DNA of 64,000 bases, taken from NCBI GenBank assembly GCA_000388065.2, contig KB932206.1. One strand, written 5' to 3'. A program made the translations under genes and the position numbers. Of this stretch, positions 39,032-52,638 are shown one piece after another (the first letter of the stretch is position 1; the number at the start of each line of letters is the position of its first letter). Source of the stretch: Fonticula alba ATCC 38817 (taxonomy: Eukaryota; Protista; Nucleariida). The notes beneath the pieces were generated by a model. The model was given only the letters and a program-made list of their open reading frames with translations, was not told the DNA's origin and made no database searches.

Positions 39032-42000
39032 CTATGACGAGACGCTGGTCACCCGGCGGGTGCGCTTCTTCTTCGCGGAAGAGCCGCCACCGGCCGCGTC
39101 CTGCTTCCCGGTGAGCAGATGCGCCGGATCGGTCATCACCGACCCGTGGAGGGCCTCAAACTCGCGCCGAATGAAGCTCAATGCGGCCGTGTTGTAGCCG
39201 ATCAGATGCCGGTGGCGGCGAACCACCACCTTGGCCTTGGTCTGCAGATCCACCAGGCAGGCATGCAGCGACCGGGTGGAAACAATCTGCGAGTGGTGGA
39301 TGTCCAGCAGGAAGAGCAAAATGCGCATGGACAGCTCGATGTACAGACCGCCGGGCTGCGGGCCGGGCGACTCGGCGCCAGGGAGGACTGCCGATGCCGA
39401 CGCCGGATCGGCCGCGGCCAGCCAATTCTGCACATACTTCATCAGGATGTTCAGGTGGCTGAAGGGCAGCAACAGGAGCGACGTTTCAAGGTCGGCCGCG
39501 CGAATGGACGACGCAATGTGAAGGACAAACGCCGAGGGGGTCTTGCACCGGTAGGCCATCATCAGCGGGTGAGCAGTCGGCGGCTGGATGCCGGACACAT
39601 CGATCCCAGCAGCGCGCCGGACATTCAGAGCCTGGGTGAAGGGGGGGGNNNNNNNNNNNNNNNNNNNNNNNNNNNNNNNNNNNNNNNNNNNNNNGTGTGG
39701 AAGAGAGGGGGGCAGCGCAGAGGGAGGGGAGGGGGGGACGAGGGAAGGCGAGGGCGATATCAAGCGGGTCAGAAAAAGACCAACAACAGCAGGGAGGAGC
39801 AAGAGAGAGAAAAAAAAGGGGGAGAGTGCTCGTCAACCAAAACGCACCCGCTCATGCTCACGGAGCTTCTCCTCCTCCTGCTCGGCGATCTCCAGTGCCT
39901 CGAGCAGACGCTCACTGGCGCGCACGGTGTCCAGGCTCTTGAGAGCAGCACGATCGGCGGAGTCATCATCAGCAGCGGCGGCGGTGTCCTCCTCGGCAAC
40001 GGGCGCCTCGAACATCTCCTCCATCTGGCGCTCACGCTCCTCCTGGAGGATCAGCTGCTCGGGCGAGCGCTCCCAGATGCGGATCGACCGGTCATGCGAG
40101 CCAGACACCACAAAGTCACCCTTGGCGCTGACGGCCAGGGCCCACACCTCGGCATGATGCCCATCAAGGGACTGGATATTCTCGAACTGAGGTGGCAAGA
40201 GGGTTCGATCCCGAGGGAGGTGCAAGAAGCAAGGCAAGGCAAGGAGGGGGAGGGGGGGAGGAGGAGGATGAAGAAGACAGCGAGAAGGTGAAGGGTGAGT
40301 ATATGACAAGAAAGTAACCCCAGGCCAAGATGCACACCGGAGGAGGAGAGACACATGCGCACCTTGTCGGCATCCCACTGCTTGATGAGCTTGTCCTTAC
40401 CGGCAGACCAGAAATAGTGGGTCTCCGGCACAAAACGCACGGCCATCACCGAGTCCCCGTGGGCAATCAGCGACCGATGGCAGTCACCAAAGTCCAAGCC
40501 CCAGATCTTGACCGTCCGGTCGGCCGAGCCACTGACCAGGAGGGACGCGTCGTCGGAGATGTCGATCGACAGAGCGGGCAGCTATGTAAGCCGAGGAGGG
40601 GAGGGGGAGATGCAGGAAAGGGGGAGGGGAGGTGCAGGAAGGTCAGCAAAGAAGGAGCAAGAAGCGGAAGAGGCGGCAACAAAAGACTCGCGGCAAAATG
40701 GCGGGTCGGGCGGCGAAATCCCCCACACCGGCCCAGACATACCTTGTGGCCATAGAGAGAAAGGAAGAAGCGCATGGTGTCCAGGTAGAAGACCTTGATG
40801 GTGGAGTCCAGCAGGGAGATGGCCAGGAACTTGCTGTCGCGCGAAATGCACACCGCCAGCACATCGTCCGTCATCTCCAGGCTTCGAGCCTGAGTGAAGC
40901 CCAGGGCCTTCTGCACGACAACCTTGGCACCGGTCTCGGCGTCCATCTCATCGGCCTCGGATTCCGAGTCAGACCCGGCCTCCGCGTCGGCGTCGGCGTC
41001 GGACTCGGAATCCGAGCCAGACCCACCACGCCCCCGGCGAATCGACACGTCATACTCATCCTCACGAGTCATCAGCTCGAAGTCCCAGATCTTGACNNNN
41101 NNNNNNNNNNNNNNNNNNNNNNNNNNNNNNNNNNNNNNNNNNNNNNNNNNNNNNNNNNNNNNNNNNNNNNNNNNNNNNNNNNNNNNNNNNNNNNNNNNNN
41201 NNNNNNNNNNNNNNNNNNNNNNNNNNNNNNNNNNNNNNNNNNNNNNNNNNNNNNNNNNNNNNNNNNNNNNNNNNNNNNNNNNNNNNNNNNNNNNNNNNNN
41301 NNNNNNNNNNNNNNNNNNNNNNNNNNNNNNNNNNNNNNNNNNNNNNNNNNNNNNNNNNNNNNNNNNNNNNNNNNNNNNNNNNNNNNNNNNNNNNNNNNNN
41401 NNNNNNNNNNNNNNNNNNNNNNNNNNNNNNNNNNNNNNNNNNNNNNNNNNNNNNNNNNNNNNNNNNNNNNNNNNNNNNNNNNNNNNNNNNNNNNNNNNNN
41501 NNNNNNNNNNNNNNNNNNNNNNNNNNNNNNNNNNNNNNNNNNNNNNNNNNNNNNNNNNNNNNNNNNNNNNNNNNNNNNNNNNNNNNNNNNNNNNNNNNNN
41601 NNNNNNNNNNNNNNNNNNNNNNNNNNNNNNNNNNNNNNNNNNNNNNNNNNNNNNNNNNNNNNNNNNNNNNNNNNNNNNNNNNNNNNNNNNNNNNNNNNNN
41701 NNNNNNNNNNNNNNNNNNNNNNNNNNNNNNNNNNNNNNNNNNNNNNNNNNNNNNNNNNNNNNNNNNNNNNNNNNNNNNNNNNNNNNNNNNNNNNNNNNNN
41801 NNNNNNNNNNNNNNNNNNNNNNNNNNNNNNNGGACCCCGTGGAAGACGAAGATGTCCCCAGGCAGGAGCTCCGGCTCTTCGGCCGCAGCAGCAGCCGCAG
41901 CGGCAGCCACAGACTCGGAATCCGAGTGGTCGGACTCCTCGCCAGCGGCTTGCTCAGCCTTGCTGGCGCGGCGCCGGCGCTTGCGGCTGGCCTTGCGCTT

Positions 42001-43022
42001 GATCTCGGCCTCGGATCGCAGGCGGAAAATGTGCGCCGCCCGGCCGCCGCCCTGGACCACAAGGAAGTTCCCCTTGGGCCCGGCGAAGGACACCGAAAGG
42101 ACACGATCCGTGGTCGGCCGCGGGAGGACGCCCCAGAGGGACACCGCCTGCGGGACACCGCCGACGGCCGCCCCGGCCGAAGTGGTCGTGGCACCAGCAG
42201 CGGCAGTGGACGTCTCCAGCGAGTGGGTGGTGACTTGCGCCTCGAGGGCCTCGGCGGAGACATGGTACACACGGACCTCGCCGCTGGCGGAGCCGGTAAC
42301 CAGGTACCGCTCATCCGGGCTGAGGGACATCGACAGGACGCTGCTGTTGTGCCCGACAACCGTCTCCATGCAATGCTGCGTCTGCAGATCCCACAGCTTG
42401 ACCAGGTTGTCGGCCGAGCTGCTGACAATGTGCCGCGCCTGGTTGGCAAACACAAGCCCGGTAATGGAGTCCTTGTGGCCGCGGAGGCTATCGAGGTGAC
42501 AAACAGGGGGAGAGGGGGGGTCAGTGAAGGGCGGGGAGGGAGAGGGAGAGAGGGAGAGGGAGAGAGGGAGGAGACACAAGGAGAGCTATATGGTGGTCCA
42601 TGGCAGGGTAGTGCGACAAAAGGAGGGGAAGAAAGAGAGGGGAAGGTACCGGAAGAGACCGGTCTCCTCGACGCAGTCCCAGACAACAATGGCACAGTCG
42701 CGGCTGCCACTGGCCAGACGGACGCCAGCCGCGTCAAAGCAGAAAGCGGTCACGGCCGACCGGTGCCCACTGAGCACCACGCGCAGGGTGAGTGTGCGCG
42801 TGTCGAACAGGCGCACCGCGCCATCGGCATAGCCCACAGCCAGAAGATGGGCCTGGGGGGAGACGGCGAGGCTGGTGACCATGTGCGAGCCACCCTCAAG
42901 ACGGGCGGCCTAAACCCAGGGGGGGGNNNNNNNNNNNNNNNNNNNNNNNNNNNNGGGTGCTGTGGGTGCGTGTGTTGCGGGAGCCTGTGAAGAAGAGGAG
43001 GCAGAGGGGAGGGAGGGAGAGG

Positions 43023-43056
<34 letters not shown>

Positions 43057-43381
43057 GGGGGGGGGGGGGGGGGGCAGGAGAGGGGGGCGATTGCATGGTC
43101 AGTGATCGAGGGGGGGGGGGGGAGGGGGACACCAAGGAGGGACACCCAGGCCACTCAGGGACTGTGGCATGTGCAGACACACGTACCATCTCACCACGAC
43201 GGATGTCCCAGACAATGACCACCTCGCCGGCGGCCGAGAAGACCCGGTTGGTGAGCGAGGCACGAATCTGCCCAACGCTCAGGTCGGTGGCCGGGGCGAA
43301 GACCGAGGCCGGCAGCGCGTCCGGCGAGGTGACCACGCCGAAGGAGGACAGGGCCTCATACCGAAGGTAGGTCTTGGACAT
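39032..43381 (-). CDS. WDR3: SSU processome WD40 protein Utp12/Dip2/WDR3
   Basis: Start [21 protein letters not shown] repeats ([50 protein letters not shown]). C-terminal Utp12 domain ([24 protein letters not shown]). Several introns and gaps. Confidence 0.95.
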
Positions 43382-44170
43382 GTTCCTTGGCGGCGGGCGG
43401 AGCAGGGGAAGACGGGACAGCGGAAGGGAAGACGAAAGGAGGGGAGGAAGGAGCGGAGAGAGGGCGAAGCAGGCCTTAAACGGGGGAAATGGCTGGGGAA
43501 GCGGGAGACAGAGGGAGGACTGGGGGGGGGGGGGATATGTGACGAATGCCAGAGGGGGGAGGGGGAGGACTGCTGGACCCACCTGCAAGCGCGGGATCTG
43601 ACTGAGGCGTTCCTTTTTTCGCATCGGCATTTGCCACGCTGCCTACTCCAGTCCCCCTCCTTCGGAAGAGGCGGAGGGGGGGGGGGGGGACATAGAACCT
43701 CCCCAGGAGCCTGGTGTTCGGGCCAGGCGGGGACGCGCCAAGCGGGGCGCATGTGGCTCCGTCGGTCTCCCGCCGTGCACACGTCGCGCCCGGGAGGTCG
43801 CCGCAGGCGGATCGCGGCCGGCGGGCCGGCGATGCCCATGCTGGGCAAATGGAGCGCCATTTCACGTGTTCTTTGGATTGGCATAGGGGACAACTGCCGA
43901 CGCATGGCCTTTGAGAGTCGGAGGGGATGTATTTGCGAATTGCGCGGGACGAGGGGCGGGGGGGGGGGGGAGAGGAGGGATACAAGGACGGTGTACGGAG
44001 GGAGAGAGCGAGAGAGGGAGGGAGGGAGGTGTGGAACCCATGGAGGCCTACACAAGGGGGAAGACATGCAGGAAGAGGAGGGAGAAAGAGAGATATAGGG
44101 GGAAAAAGAGGGGGTAGGTAGAAAGGGCAAAGGATGCAACTTTCCCCGGTCTTGTGGGTGCTGACTCCGA

Positions 44171-44280
44171 TCACCGGCGGCGGTTGCGGTAGCCACTGCC
44201 ACCGCGACGTGCCGAGTTGTTGGAACTGGAGCTCTCTGTGGGTGACCGGGGGAGGGATGGGACAAGGGAAAGAGGAAGAG

Positions 44281-44328
<48 letters not shown>

Positions 44329-44860
44329 GAAGACACAGGGGCACACAGGGGCACACAGGGGCACACAGGGGCACACAGGGAGACACAGGGAGACACAGGG
44401 AGACAGAGAGAAGAGATGGGTCAGTGGGGGAACCGAAGAAGCAGACGGGGTGAGAAAAAAAGACAGGTCCCAGCTGAGATGCAGGGCATGCGCGCACCGC
44501 TGCCGATGTTGAAGGAGAAGGGGGTATGCTGATTGCTGCTGGAACCACCGCCAAAACCCATCCCCGGCGGGGGCGGCCCAGCACCGGGGACGGTCGCCCC
44601 GCCAACTGGAGTGAAATTAAAGGATCCCTGAGGCTGGGCCTGCTGCTGGCCAAAGCCGGGCGTGCCAAACCCACCGCCCATCGAGGGTGACGGCGAGGCA
44701 GGGTGACTCTGCTGCTGGCCGAAGCCACCGGCACCGGCGCCAGTGCCAGTGCCAAACCCGCCACCGGGGGCTCCAAAGCCACCGGCCGGAACGCCGAAGC
44801 CACCAGCCGGACCGGTGGTCGAGGTAATGGTGGGCGAGTTGCCGAATCCGACAGCAGGAG

Positions 44861-44893
<33 letters not shown>

Positions 44894-47800
44894 TGCCGAA
44901 CCCGCTGCCACCAAACCCGCCGCCAGGAGCCCCGCCGCCAAACCCACCGCCGAACCCGCCGGCAGGGGCGCCGGTGCCACCGGGGGCATTGGTGGCTCCG
45001 GCCGCCCGGCCAAAGCCCGGCGAGCCGAAGCTGCCCGACGCGCCAAAGCCCGACGAGCTGGTAGACCCGAAGAAGTTGCCGGTCGGGGCGCCGGGCTGTG
45101 CGGCGCCACCGGGCGCTGGCGAGCCGAATTGCAACTGGCCAGGAGCGGGAGCGCTGCCGGCGGGCGGCTGGCCAAAGCCACCGGCGCCGACAACACCACT
45201 ACCACCGGTGGTGCTGCCGGTGCCGCTGCTACCGCCAGTACCACTGCCAAAGGCGCCAGTGGCAGTGGCAGTGGGCCGGGCGCCGAAGCCGCCTGGGGTG
45301 GGACCGGTGTTGCTACCGAAGCCGCCGGAAGCAAAGCCACCGGCGCCGAAGCCGCCTCCGGGCGCCGCGCCACCAGCAGCAGCACCGGCGGCACCAGCAC
45401 CGAAGGTCAAGCCACTTGAGGAGCCGAAGCCTGGATTGGTGCTCGCGCTGGCACCGGCCCCGAAACCAACACCCAGGCCCGAGCCAAACTGCCCGGCCGG
45501 CGCCGATGGACTGCTCACCGCCGGAGTGGCACCGAGGGCTGGCGTGGCACCGAGAGCGGGGCTGGCCGATGCATTGAAAGTGAACGCCGTGCCTGGGGCA
45601 CTGCTGGGGGCAGCAGCCGGGGTGCCGGCAGCACCAGGGGCCGCCAGAGTGCCACTAGCTGCCGGAGTGGTTGAGAAGCCGCCAAAGCCGCCGAACGCCG
45701 GCTGGCCATCGGCGCGAGGGGCAGCACCAGCGGCAGGGGCAGCACCAGCGGCTGTGGTGGAGGCGGTGGAAGATGCGCCAGGCGCACTGAAGGTCAGGCC
45801 GGGCGTGGTGCCGGCCGGGGCAATGCTGCCTGGGGCGGCAGTGGTAGCCGCGACACCGGGAGCCGACGCGCCAAATTGGAAGGCAGGCGTAGCACCGGCA
45901 GTGGCGCCGGCCGTCCCAGCGCCGAAGCTGAGGCCCGTAGACGCGGCCGGTGTGGTGTTAGGCGCCGTCGAGGTTGTGAAGGAGGGCCCACCGGTGCCGG
46001 CCACAGTCGTGGCGGTGTTGCTGCCACTGGCGGAGGCCCCAGCACCAAAAGTGAATGCCGGGCCGGCGCCAGCCGTCGTCGAAGCCGCGGCCCCGGGAGT
46101 CGCCACGGCGGGGACCGAAGGAGCGGTGGTCGCCGGGGTGGCTGCCGTGTTAAAGGTGAAGCCGGTGGTGGCCGGAGCGGCAGAGGAGGGCGAGCCAGCT
46201 GGGGCGCCATTGGCGGCGGCGGCGGCGGTGGTAACAGTAGCGGCAGCGGCACTCTCGGTGCCCGGGGCGGTCGAGGTGGCCGCGGTGCTCACAGGGCCGG
46301 AGGCCCCGGCAGCAGGAGCGCCGAAGGTCAACGAGGAAGTGGCTGGCGCAGCGGCGGCGTTACCGGCAGTGCCGGCGCCGCCACCGAAAGTCAACGATGT
46401 CGATGGCGCGTTCGAGCCACTAGTCTCGGTCTTGGGCATGGTGAAGGTGAAGATGGCGCTGTTGACCGCTGGCGCGGCGGCGCTTGGCGCGGCCGTCGAA
46501 GCAGCCGGTGCGGTCGTCGAAGCAGCCGGTGCGGTCGTCGAAGTGGCCGGCGCGGCGAAGGCAAAGCCGCCCGAGCTAGCGAAGGACGCCGGAACCGGCT
46601 TCTTAGTGGAGGGCTCAAGTGCGCCCTCGGCGCTCGAGGTCGCCGCCCCGGGGAGAGGAGGGAAGGAGAAGGCACTCGAGCTGCTGCCGGCGTCTGAAGC
46701 CGCAGAAGTGGAAGAAACACGCTTTTTGCTAGTCTCAGAGGCATCGGAGGACCGTGTGGCCACACGAGTGGGCCGGGCAAAAATGCGATCAGTTGATTCG
46801 GAGGAAGGGGGCTTCTCCTGGCCCGAGGGCGGGTTGAAGGTGAAGGACGGCGTCGTGGCTGGCTTGGGGTCGGCGGCGGAGGCGGCGGAGGCGGCAGCCG
46901 GGCCGGAGGCCGGGATGTTGAAGGTGAAGGAAGCGCTTGGCAATTCGGACGACAAGCCGGACTTGGGGCCGGCATCCTTGGAGGCAGCGACGGCGCTGGT
47001 GGTGCTCCCGAGGGCGGAACCACTGGCGGAGGAGGACGACAGCGAGGAGAGGGAAGCACCCGCACCGGCGCCGGCGCCGGCGCCAGCGCCAGCGCCAGCA
47101 TCAGCGCCACTGCCGAAGGTAAAGGCGGGCTTTGATGACGATGAAGAGAGGAGGCCCGCAGGCTCGGTGGTCTTGCGCGAGGATGGCTTCGAAGTGGCCG
47201 GGGAGGCAGCATCAGTACCCGGAGAAAATAGCGACGAGGTGCCCACATTCAGCGTGATGGGCGACGGAGAGAGGAACCCCCCATCCCCTGGCCGCGAAGT
47301 GGCACCCTCGGCGGAGGGCTTGCCCCCCTTCGACCGGTCGTCGGATGTCGGCAAATTGAAGGAGAAGCTCCCGGGCGCGGAGCCGAAGCTGGAAGAAGAC
47401 GAATCCGAGGAGGAGGAGGAGGAGCTGGTGCCGAAGCTCAGCAGCGGAGCAGCTAGAGGAGCGGCACCGGCACCGGAGCTGGACCCGGTCGTGCCATTCA
47501 CCCCGGCGGGCTTGGAGGTCGATGCATCGTCACTTGAAGCAGTGGTGCTGGTGCCAGCGCCGGTGCCGGTGGCAGTGGTGGCGGTCGTCGGCGCGAAGGT
47601 AAGGGCAGTGGTGGAGGTAGACGGGACCCCGGCAGTGCCAGACTTCGCCAGGAGTGTGCTCTTGCGAGCCTCGGCCTCCTCGGCCACGGCCTTCGCCGCA
47701 CGAGCAATTAGCCGGCTCAAGGGGGTGGAGGGCGGCTCGGCCGAGGTCCGCCGGACCAGGTAGTCGAGGAAGCTCTCGGTGTCGGTGATGTTGTCCGCGC

Positions 47801-49039
47801 TCCGGGGCGTCAGGACGCCAAGCGATGACATGGGAGCACGAGCACGCTGGGCGGTGCACTTACTCACCCGCTTGGTGCCCCGCACGCGGCGGCTTGTGGC
47901 GGGGGCCGGGGCAGACGTCGAGGCCGGGGCCGGGGCCGGGGCCGGGGCCGGGGCCGGGGCGGTAACGGGAGCCGACTGAACGGCGGCCTTTTGAGCCTGG
48001 ATCTCCTTGCGACGCTTCTGCAGCGGCCCAGCGGCGGGCATCGTGGAGACGAGAGATGGGGAGTTAGGGACGATTCCTCCCCGACAAGCACATGGTCAAG
48101 GTGAACACAGGGGCACGCACAATGCGGGCGAGAATGGCCACCTCGAAATCCTCGCCGACATCCTCCTCTGAAGGGACATCCACAGGCATATTCAGGGTGG
48201 TCTCAGCATGAGGGGTATCATCGACAATGGGGGCCTTGGGGGCCTGGGACGTCGGCTCGCCATCGGGCTCCTGCGCGACCTCGGACTCGCGCTTGCGCTG
48301 GAGAGGAAGACCGGCGGCAGTGGCGTCAGTGACAGGCACACGAGAGGTAACCGGGCGACAGCCTGCGAGCAGGCAATGGGGGAGAGTAGGGGGGGGGGGG
48401 GGGGGGGGGGCGCACCTTGGGATCACGCTCGCGCAGGGGAGAAGCCTCGGAGATCGGGCTGTCGGTGCCGGGGACACCGGCCGGGGGCTCACACGCCGCG
48501 GGAGTCGGGTGCGCCGGACCGGCAACCGTCGCCGGGCCATCGCCCGAGGCAAGACTGGCGCCCTCCGGCACGAACCACTCGAGCGGCTTGACCGGGGGGA
48601 AGGTCACCTCCGAAGTGTCCAGGCTTGGAAGGTCCACCAGATCGATGTCTTCGCCCGCGGGGTGGGTGGCCCCACTGGGGGGCAGGTCGCCAGTCTCGGA
48701 ATCAGATGAGAAGGAGTAGGCCCCGGAGTAGAAGACTGGCTTCAAGCCGGCGCCGGTCCGACGCGGCCCGGAGATGTCCAGGAGGTGGGCCATGCCGACG
48801 GGCTCCGATAGGGCTATTGTTCCGCACGGGAGAAGGGGAAGGAGGAGGCCCAAGAGGTGAGCCGAGGTGTGGCGTGCAAAGGGCGGAGGAGGGGAGGGGA
48901 GTCAGGCCCAGGAAGAGGGGTGGCACGCACTTTCCGGTCCAGCATCGGCGTGAGGGCCTTCGCCCGGCGTCTCGCGTCGCTTGTAGAGAAAGCTGACGAG
49001 CGAGACTGTGGCGATGGCGGCGAGTGAGGCAGGCAACAT
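44171..49039 (-). CDS. FG-repeat nucleoporin, Nup153/Nup1/POM121-like
   Basis: ATG at 49039 with a hydrophobic N-terminal exon (49039-48931). ~1200-aa S/T/A/G-rich exon with many FTF/FSF/FG/GGFG motifs. Last exon 44235-44171 encodes ESSSSNNSARRGGSGYRNRRR*. Frame across the G-run at ~48389-48410 is uncertain. Confidence 0.8.
44335..44405. repeat. 10-bp tandem repeat ACACAGGGG(C/A) in the last nucleoporin intron
   Basis: About seven units, next to a (GA)n run. Confidence 0.85.
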
Positions 49040-50726
49040 GGTCGGAGCGCGCGTATGTGGGCGTGCTATGTATGTGTATAGGTGTATGGGTAGATAGGTG
49101 TGGGTGCTGTGGGTGCGTGTGTTGCGGGAGCCTGTGAAGAAGAGGAGGCAGAGGGGAGGGAGGGAGAGGGGAGGNNNNNNNNNNNNNNNNNNNNNNNNNN
49201 NNNNNNNNNNNNNNNNNNNNNNNNNNNNNNNNNNNNNNNNNNNNNNNNNNNNNNNNNNNNNNNNNNNNNGTGCGTGGGGGATGCAGGTGGGCGTGTGGCA
49301 AGGGCGGCGCGGGGCTCTCACAGGGGCGGCCAGGCGCGCCTTCGTTCGTAGGGAGGCGGAAGGCTGGGTGGGGCAGGCGGCGCACGAGGACAGCCGAGAG
49401 GCAGGGAGCGAGAGGGAGGAGAGGAGGAAAGGAGGAGGGAGGGGGGAGGGGAATGTCGGGCAAGAGGAAGGAGCGGAGCTGCTTGTTGCGTTGTCCTGGA
49501 AGGGGACTCTGCCAGGGGAGCCTAATATCCGGCGGGAGGCGAACGGCACAGGGCCCGGCCTGGCCTGCCAACTGCTCGGGCGTCCATGGACCAGACGGGG
49601 TGGCATGCGGGGCTGGGAGGCCCCGCCGGACGGGACTCAGGGGGGCGGCGGATGGCCAGCTAGCAGGGGGGTGAGGGAGGGGGACTGGGGGTGCTTTCGC
49701 TCCCCGGACCCGGGGGGGGGGGGGGGGGCGCCAGGCTCTCCCCTCCTCGTGTGCAATCCCGAGCGGACACATGCCTCGGCGTTAGCATGCCATGTGCTGA
49801 GTTCTGGGGAGAACTGAAAACCCCATCCCGAGCCCTGGGGGGCCCCTTCGGCCCCCCCCCCCCCCCACTTGAAGACATGAACGGGGGCCGATTTGTACCC
49901 TGCGCCGGGCAAAGAGGGCGCGAGCAAAAACAACTCAGCAAACAGGCCAAGAGACAGGCTACAGACGTGGGACGTGCAACGGGGGGCCGGCCGACCGGTG
50001 ATCGCACAGGCAGACCCATGCGCACGCACACACGCGCGCAAGCCGCAGAGCTACTCCGAGGGCGACCGGCTCGACGAACAGGCAATCCGGGCATGCCCCC
50101 GCGTCGAATCCGCGCACACGGCGCCATTGTGTTCGCAGCCATGGAGGCCAGCCACTAGCGTGCAGCCCCCCCCACCCCCCCCCCCCCGGGCCCCATGGTT
50201 GCCGGGACGCCGTCCCAGCCGTCGGCCTCAGCCGGGAAAGGGAGCAACGGCGGACAGGGGGGGAGGGGGGGGGGGGAAGGACACTCTCGGGAAACGGCGG
50301 GAAAAACACCACGCATCCCCCGCCTCCGCCCGGCACACGGCCTGGGGACAAGAGCGGGGGTCAAACGCGAGGGACTGCCAACTGTCTGTCGAGTGGCACG
50401 TGCTAAGCGCACGAGTTCTGGGAGTGCCTCCGGGCCGCACCCTTCGCCGATCACTCGCAGCCGCCCCGGCCGCACGCCCGCGCACACGGGCGAGGCGCTT
50501 GGGCGAGCAGCACCCGGCGGGATCCTGGGTGAACGGGGACCCAGCAAACCGGGGCGTTGGAGCACACAGGCAGGACAAAGTGGCCCGCCCAAGGGCATGG
50601 ATGGCTCTCCGGTGCTCGCTGAAAAGCGATCCCGCGAATGGCTGGCGCTTCGGGGCAGGCACCAAACGCATCTGCGGCCACGACACCCCTCTCTACCCTC
50701 ACATCCTACCTGCGCCACATGCTGCC

Positions 50727-50794
50727 ATGGATGCACATCCCCCAGCGGCCATCTACCGCGGCCGGATACAATCCCTAAATGCCCTGCTGTACAT

Positions 50795-50827
<33 letters not shown>

Positions 50828-51642
50828 AGCACGCGCGCGTGCATCGATTGTAGGCCACCTGTCTGACGCCCCTGACCTCCGGCCCTGGTGGCCTTGCTCG
50901 CGTGTCCTCCTCCTCCTCCTCCTCGACCATGGTGCCTCTTCAGAGCTGAGCATCGTACCTTGGAAAAACTCCGACGGAATCTCCTTCGGGAGTGTCCGTC
51001 GTACCGACACCAGGTGACAGTTGTCCCTCCGCCCGACCCGACGGCCGGCAGCGTTCACATCCCCATGTCGCATGTCACCTGGCGCGCGGCCAGTGGGGTT
51101 CTCTCGGAGATCCGCTCTCTTTGCGAGGACCGGCAGGCGGCGGTTCGCCAGAACATGCCGGCCACCGTGCTGGATCAGATTGATGATGACATTGTTGAGG
51201 TGCGTACAGAGACTGGCATGCGAGGCGGACCTGCTTGTTCGTTGCCACCTGCCTCTCCCCGCAGGACACCCCTGGCCATATGGAGAGGGATCGGGCGATC
51301 GGGCGATCGGGCGATCGGGGGGGGGGGGGCGTCAGGCGGAGGGGGAGCATCGCGACGAGGGGACACTGGCACGCGATGCTGACAGATCTCGGCCCCCGGG
51401 TGGCCGCCACATCGTAGCTGGTCACCGCCATCAGCTTTGTATACTCGCCACGCGGCACACCGGCTCCCTCGTTGCTGCGCAAGATCCATCGATTGCGACG
51501 GTCGATGCTGGACACCCTCCGGGCGATGGCCTTCGCTCTTCGGGAAAACGACCTTCCCCCAGTGGCCCGACATGCGATGGGCCTGCGCTTTGACTGCGTT
51601 CCTGACCTGGAACCCACCCCCGCCGAGGGGGGGGAGGAGTGA
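50727..51642 (+). CDS. Hypothetical ~180-aa protein
   Basis: Plausible GT-AG splicing gives MDAHPPAAIYRGRIQSLNALL|AEHRTLEKLRRNLLRECPSY...VLDQIDDDIVE|LVTAISFVYSPRGTPAPSLLRKIHRLRRSMLDTLRAMAFALREND...GGEE*. No recognised family. Confidence 0.5.
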
Positions 51643-52638
51643 ATGGAAAAAACCGCGAAGCACCGATGTACCAAAAAATAAAAAATGCTCATGTAAGGCC
51701 GCAGGCGCTCGTGCTCCTTCTCTCTCACGCACACACGCGTGCAATGGACACTTCAAAAACAGGGGCGGCAATGCCGAGGCGCGGGCACGGCGGGCGGGCG
51801 TGTGACGCTGCAGGCCAAGGATCTATTAACTGGAATGGTTAATGTCGCAAGTGCTACTTTGCTCTTCACGTGGGCCTATTGACCCGTGGCTAGAGGCCGA
51901 AGAGGAGGGTTTTTTCCCCTGTGCTCCCGACTTGGGGGCCGGGGGGGGGGGGGGGGGTCCAACCAAGAAAGAACAAGGCCATCATTTTTTATTCCCATAT
52001 AAAGTGAGTTGTTCTCTTCCATGTGTGTGTGGTTTTCTGGCGTTGTCCCCCATTCTCGTTGGGGGAAAAGACAATGTTTGAGGTTCTCCCCCGGGCTCGG
52101 GCGGGGGAGCACGGGCTTTGGTGGGGAAATCCGCGTGTCCTGCCTTGGCCTGGCGCCGTGCCCGGGGGCGCTGGTATCCCCTCTGTCTGAGGCCCAGTCC
52201 CAAGGGGCTCACAGTCGCAGGGGGGTGGGCGGGCACCGGGGGGGGGGGGGGTATGCATGGATGTGCGCGCGTGTGGGAGGGCCGTGACGGGCGCGTGCGG
52301 GACCCGCTGATTGGGCATCGGAACCGTGCGCCAGGGCGGGGCAGGGGCGGGGGTCGCGTGGGCACACCGTGTCCCGCCGGGTTTCGGTTTCCTTGAACTC
52401 ACCCCCAGGGGGGGAGTGTGTGTGCGGGCNNNNNNNNNNNNNNNNNNNNNNNNNNNNNNNNNNNNNNNNNNNNNNNNNNGGGGGGGTAGCGGTGTGGCCT
52501 CCCGGCCAGCCATGTGCATCCGGCCGCGGAGTGTGGAGGTATTTCCGCCGGCGGGGCCGTCGCCACCCGTCCTGGGGAGCTTTCTCTTTTGTTGTCTTGT
52601 AGTTTTTGCTCTAATTCTCTTGACTTCAATCATTCACA

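Noticed and set aside
40203-40213. GGTTCGATCCC resembling a tRNA T-loop
   Set aside because: No 5-bp T-stem, acceptor stem or D-arm; it lies at a WDR3 intron/exon boundary on the antisense strand.
44743-47763. 1006-aa plus-strand ORF
   Set aside because: Antisense shadow of the FG nucleoporin exon (PKP repeats mirror FG codons).
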